DNA of 64,000 nt from Amoebidium appalachense (Eukaryota; Protista; Ichthyosporea): positions 8,684,818 to 8,748,817 of the forward strand of contig CAVNZM010000008.1 of assembly GCA_963693365.1 (NCBI GenBank), written 5' to 3'. The notes under the pieces are model-generated. The model did no database searches and was not told the DNA's origin. It was given only the letters and a program-made list of their open reading frames with translations. The first letter of the stretch is position 1; each line of letters starts with the position of its first letter. Of the stretch, positions 53,219 through 64,000 are shown piece after piece. Both the position numbers and the translations under genes were made by a program.

Positions 53219-53563
53219 TGTGTATGTGTCCCCCGGGGGGGAAGGGGGGGGGGGGGGGGGTTGGTATACCGAAGTCAGGGTGAAACGTTTTAACATGGTT
53301 TGATGTCTTACGTAATTACTATCTGAAAACTTACATTCCCTCTTGATCCATTTTACAGTCAACGGTTATGGGCTTGTTGATGCTATAGTATACACGCCAC
53401 TGACAGTGACCCGGCATGATCATACTACATTTCATGCATGAAGTTGAAATCAAATCAACATCAAGATGAACATGAGGAGTATTGATTCCCCGTTTGGGCA
53501 ATGAATGAAAAAAAAAAATAACACTGCGTGCCTGTATGACATTATTGTTACAAGTGTGTGTGC

Positions 53564-53606
<43 letters not shown>

Positions 53607-53919
53607 CCCGCGCGTGTGTGTGTGACGTGCGTGTGCGTGTGCGTGTGCGTGTGTGTTTCTGCGTGTGTGCGCGCGTGCGCAGGCGAGTATGTGTGTGCCT
53701 GCCGGATGTTGTTTGTGTGTTTGTCTGCGCATATGCCGCGTCGTGTGTGTGTCATGGGGTCCGCATGTGCGAGGTGCCAAATAACCTGAAGAATTAAGAA
53801 ACATCACATAACCTTGTCGTCCTGTTTTGTTGTATGTTTACGTAAACACCATAGGAGGATGGCAGCAACACCATATGTAGTACATATCATCTAGATTTGC
53901 TCAACCAATCATGTTTTGC

Positions 53920-61806
<7,887 letters not shown>

Positions 61807-63124
61807 TTTTGAGGATGGCACTGTGTCAACGTTTTCCAAGGTTTCAAGAAGGGAGTTGGAAGGAGTTCTATATTCCTACTTTTTTTTTCTTTTCTTTTCA
61901 GTTTTATAAAAACTATTCGCGCCCCCCAACAGCGAAAAAAAACTCGTTAAAAGATTTTTTTTAGCCTGCAATTGAATGAATTCGAATGACACTCGGAATT
62001 ATGTATAAACGGATGGTGTGTAGAAAAGGTGGACACGTAATAAAGATAGGCATATGCACATGGCAATGCCTGCACCGGGCGTGCCACTGAATGCAAGATA
62101 ATGATGTGTCCTGTTTCACTACAACTACGAAACTGTAGGTTTGAGAGCCTCTAGATCCAGTAAACCAGGTGAATGCTGTACAGGGAATGCCAGCTAGCGC
62201 TGTGTTCGTTTCGTTTTACTTTGATGCTGTGCACGAAGGACCTCTTTTGAGCTGTCTTATCAGAATGGAATGCGAGCGTATGCACGTGTGCACAGTGACG
62301 GCTATACATACATCATCGCAAGTTCACATGCATGTGGCCATGGTTGTTGTACATGTGCACGTATGTACATACGTTGAACGTTGGACCGGATCGTTTAACG
62401 TAAAAAGATGGATTCTGGGCAGCCAAAGTCATAATAAACAGCATGTCTAATGCTTATTAGGATGCTAGTTGTTATGTGATAGTTTTTTAAAGGTTTTAGT
62501 GGAAGCAAACAGTCGGGCAAGACTGGAGCTCCGCCCCGGGCCTCGGGAGATGGCTGGCTGGCCAGGCTCTGGCCCGGGCGCGCAGCTCAGTGGCCGTCGT
62601 CGGAGAAATTTGGCGCCAACATTACACACAAGAACAAGACATGACACTTAGCGAATCAAGGATTACGATAAAAAAGCTGGATGTTGATGACTGTGGACAA
62701 TTTCACTCCATAAAGGAGTAGCCCACGCAACCATTGTACACCACATTGTGAGAATAAAAAAAAGCTCCTGCTTATAATGAAACATCTATGCATAGTAAAG
62801 CACCAAAAGTATGATAACTGGAGTTGATGCCCATACGCCCGTTCCAGCTGTACTGCGACTGTCGCTTTTGACCAATCAAAGCTGTGCAACTGTAGATGTT
62901 GGTTGCCGACTTTTGTGGTGCGTGACCAGCCAATGTGTGCAAAAGATCTAATTCATATATTTAGTGACTACAACAAATTATTTACTCCTGCAAATCCGTT
63001 TCAAAGCTATTCGTAATGAATTATGTTAGTATATAGCTTCTAGACTGTGGATAATTACCGAAGAAGTGCCGGGGGGCCACTGCCGGAGTGGGCCGGACCA
63101 GGCCGGGCAGGTCCCCCTGGATCG

Positions 63125-63217
63125 TGACTCAGTGCCTCAGCCACTGACAGCCTGTCCACTCAGCCCACGATGCACACTTATCCAATCAATATCTCCGACT
63201 TACGTAAGCGTATAAAT
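63125..63217 (+). promoter_or_regulatory. Putative core promoter (TGACTCA, CCAAT, TATAAATA) upstream of SRPRB
   Basis: Motifs at ~63125, ~63182 and ~63211, in the divergent intergenic region. Confidence 0.4.
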
Positions 63218-63530
63218 ACCTGCGCTGCTTGCCTGGCGCTGCGCCTTTCAAAAGTAGCGCGGCTGAGGAAGCTTTTCTGAGGAAACATCGTTTCGAAGCT
63301 TGTTGAGCGAAGCCCGAAAAGAACTAAATGCTATAATTTCATGGTATCTTTCCATATATTTATCTTTAAGTCCCTCGCTAAGCCAGAGTTCCCTAGCCTT
63401 TACACCCGCTCAACTCTACGTTGAGACCTCCCCGTGATTCTACCTACTTCGTTTATAGCCACTTACCACTATCTGACTCAACACACTATCATAGTTTCAT
63501 AGCAACCCATCTAGTGTTCTGGACTTCAAC

Positions 63531-63734
63531 ATGGACCAAATAAAAGAGGTTGCCCTGGCCATGTTTGGCGGGGTGGTGGATGACGAGACCACTGCGCTTG
63601 CTTTGCTAGCCACTGTGTTGGTTGTAGTTATGACCTTTGTGTTTTTTCTTGTTGGTGGAAAGGCGCAAGCCAGGGGAAATTCCGTCATTTTTACCGGGCT
63701 TCAAGGAGCTGGAAAGACTGTATTGTTTACCCAG
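63531..63734 (+). CDS. SRPRB: Signal recognition particle receptor subunit beta, first exon (gene continues beyond the window)
   Basis: An N-terminal TM anchor ALALLATVLVVVMTFVFFLV is followed by the P-loop VIFTGLQGAGKTVLFTQ; donor CAG|GTGCGT at 63735. Confidence 0.85.
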
Positions 63735-63824
63735 GTGCGTGTTTGATGAGGAGAATAAATTTCGTTTGTGACTGCGCTGGGTAGAATGGCATCTCTTGTT
63801 GGCTGATGGGTTCAAGTTGAAGAT

Positions 63825-63856
<32 letters not shown>

Positions 63857-64000
63857 CCCCCCCCTTCCCCCCCCCCCCCCCCCCACACACACGCACACCA
63901 CACTTGCACACACACACGCACACACACAACACACACACACACACACACTCTCTCTCTCTCCTTTTCTCTCTCTCTCTTTCTCTGTCTCTGTCTCTGTCTC

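Overview
Eukaryotic genomic DNA with spliceosomal GT-AG introns, probably from an opisthokont-like protist (inference; the taxon cannot be fixed from sequence alone). It is extremely rich in (CA)n, (GA)n and poly-G/C tracts, so almost all ORFs in the supplied track are repeat artefacts. Manual splicing gives these genes: two paralogous 2-exon single-C2H2 zinc-finger genes lying tail-to-tail in a decayed ~22-kb inverted duplication; an 11-exon, 445-aa gene fusing a putative mitochondrial presequence, a cyclic-nucleotide-binding-fold domain and a degenerate SLC25 mitochondrial-carrier-like domain (the most unusual item); a broken, intron-containing DUF6729/Mutator-like transposase with a C-terminal CXC cluster; porphobilinogen deaminase (HMBS); a 7-exon, 845-aa C2-like-domain protein; and the first exon of SRP receptor beta. 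Also present are a TA-flanked MITE, a TIR-bounded composite element, two related non-LTR RT remnants, several dispersed repeat families, an orphan exon copy with CpG-type decay, and a fold-back hairpin over a stop codon. All family assignments come from motif recognition by eye, not database searches.
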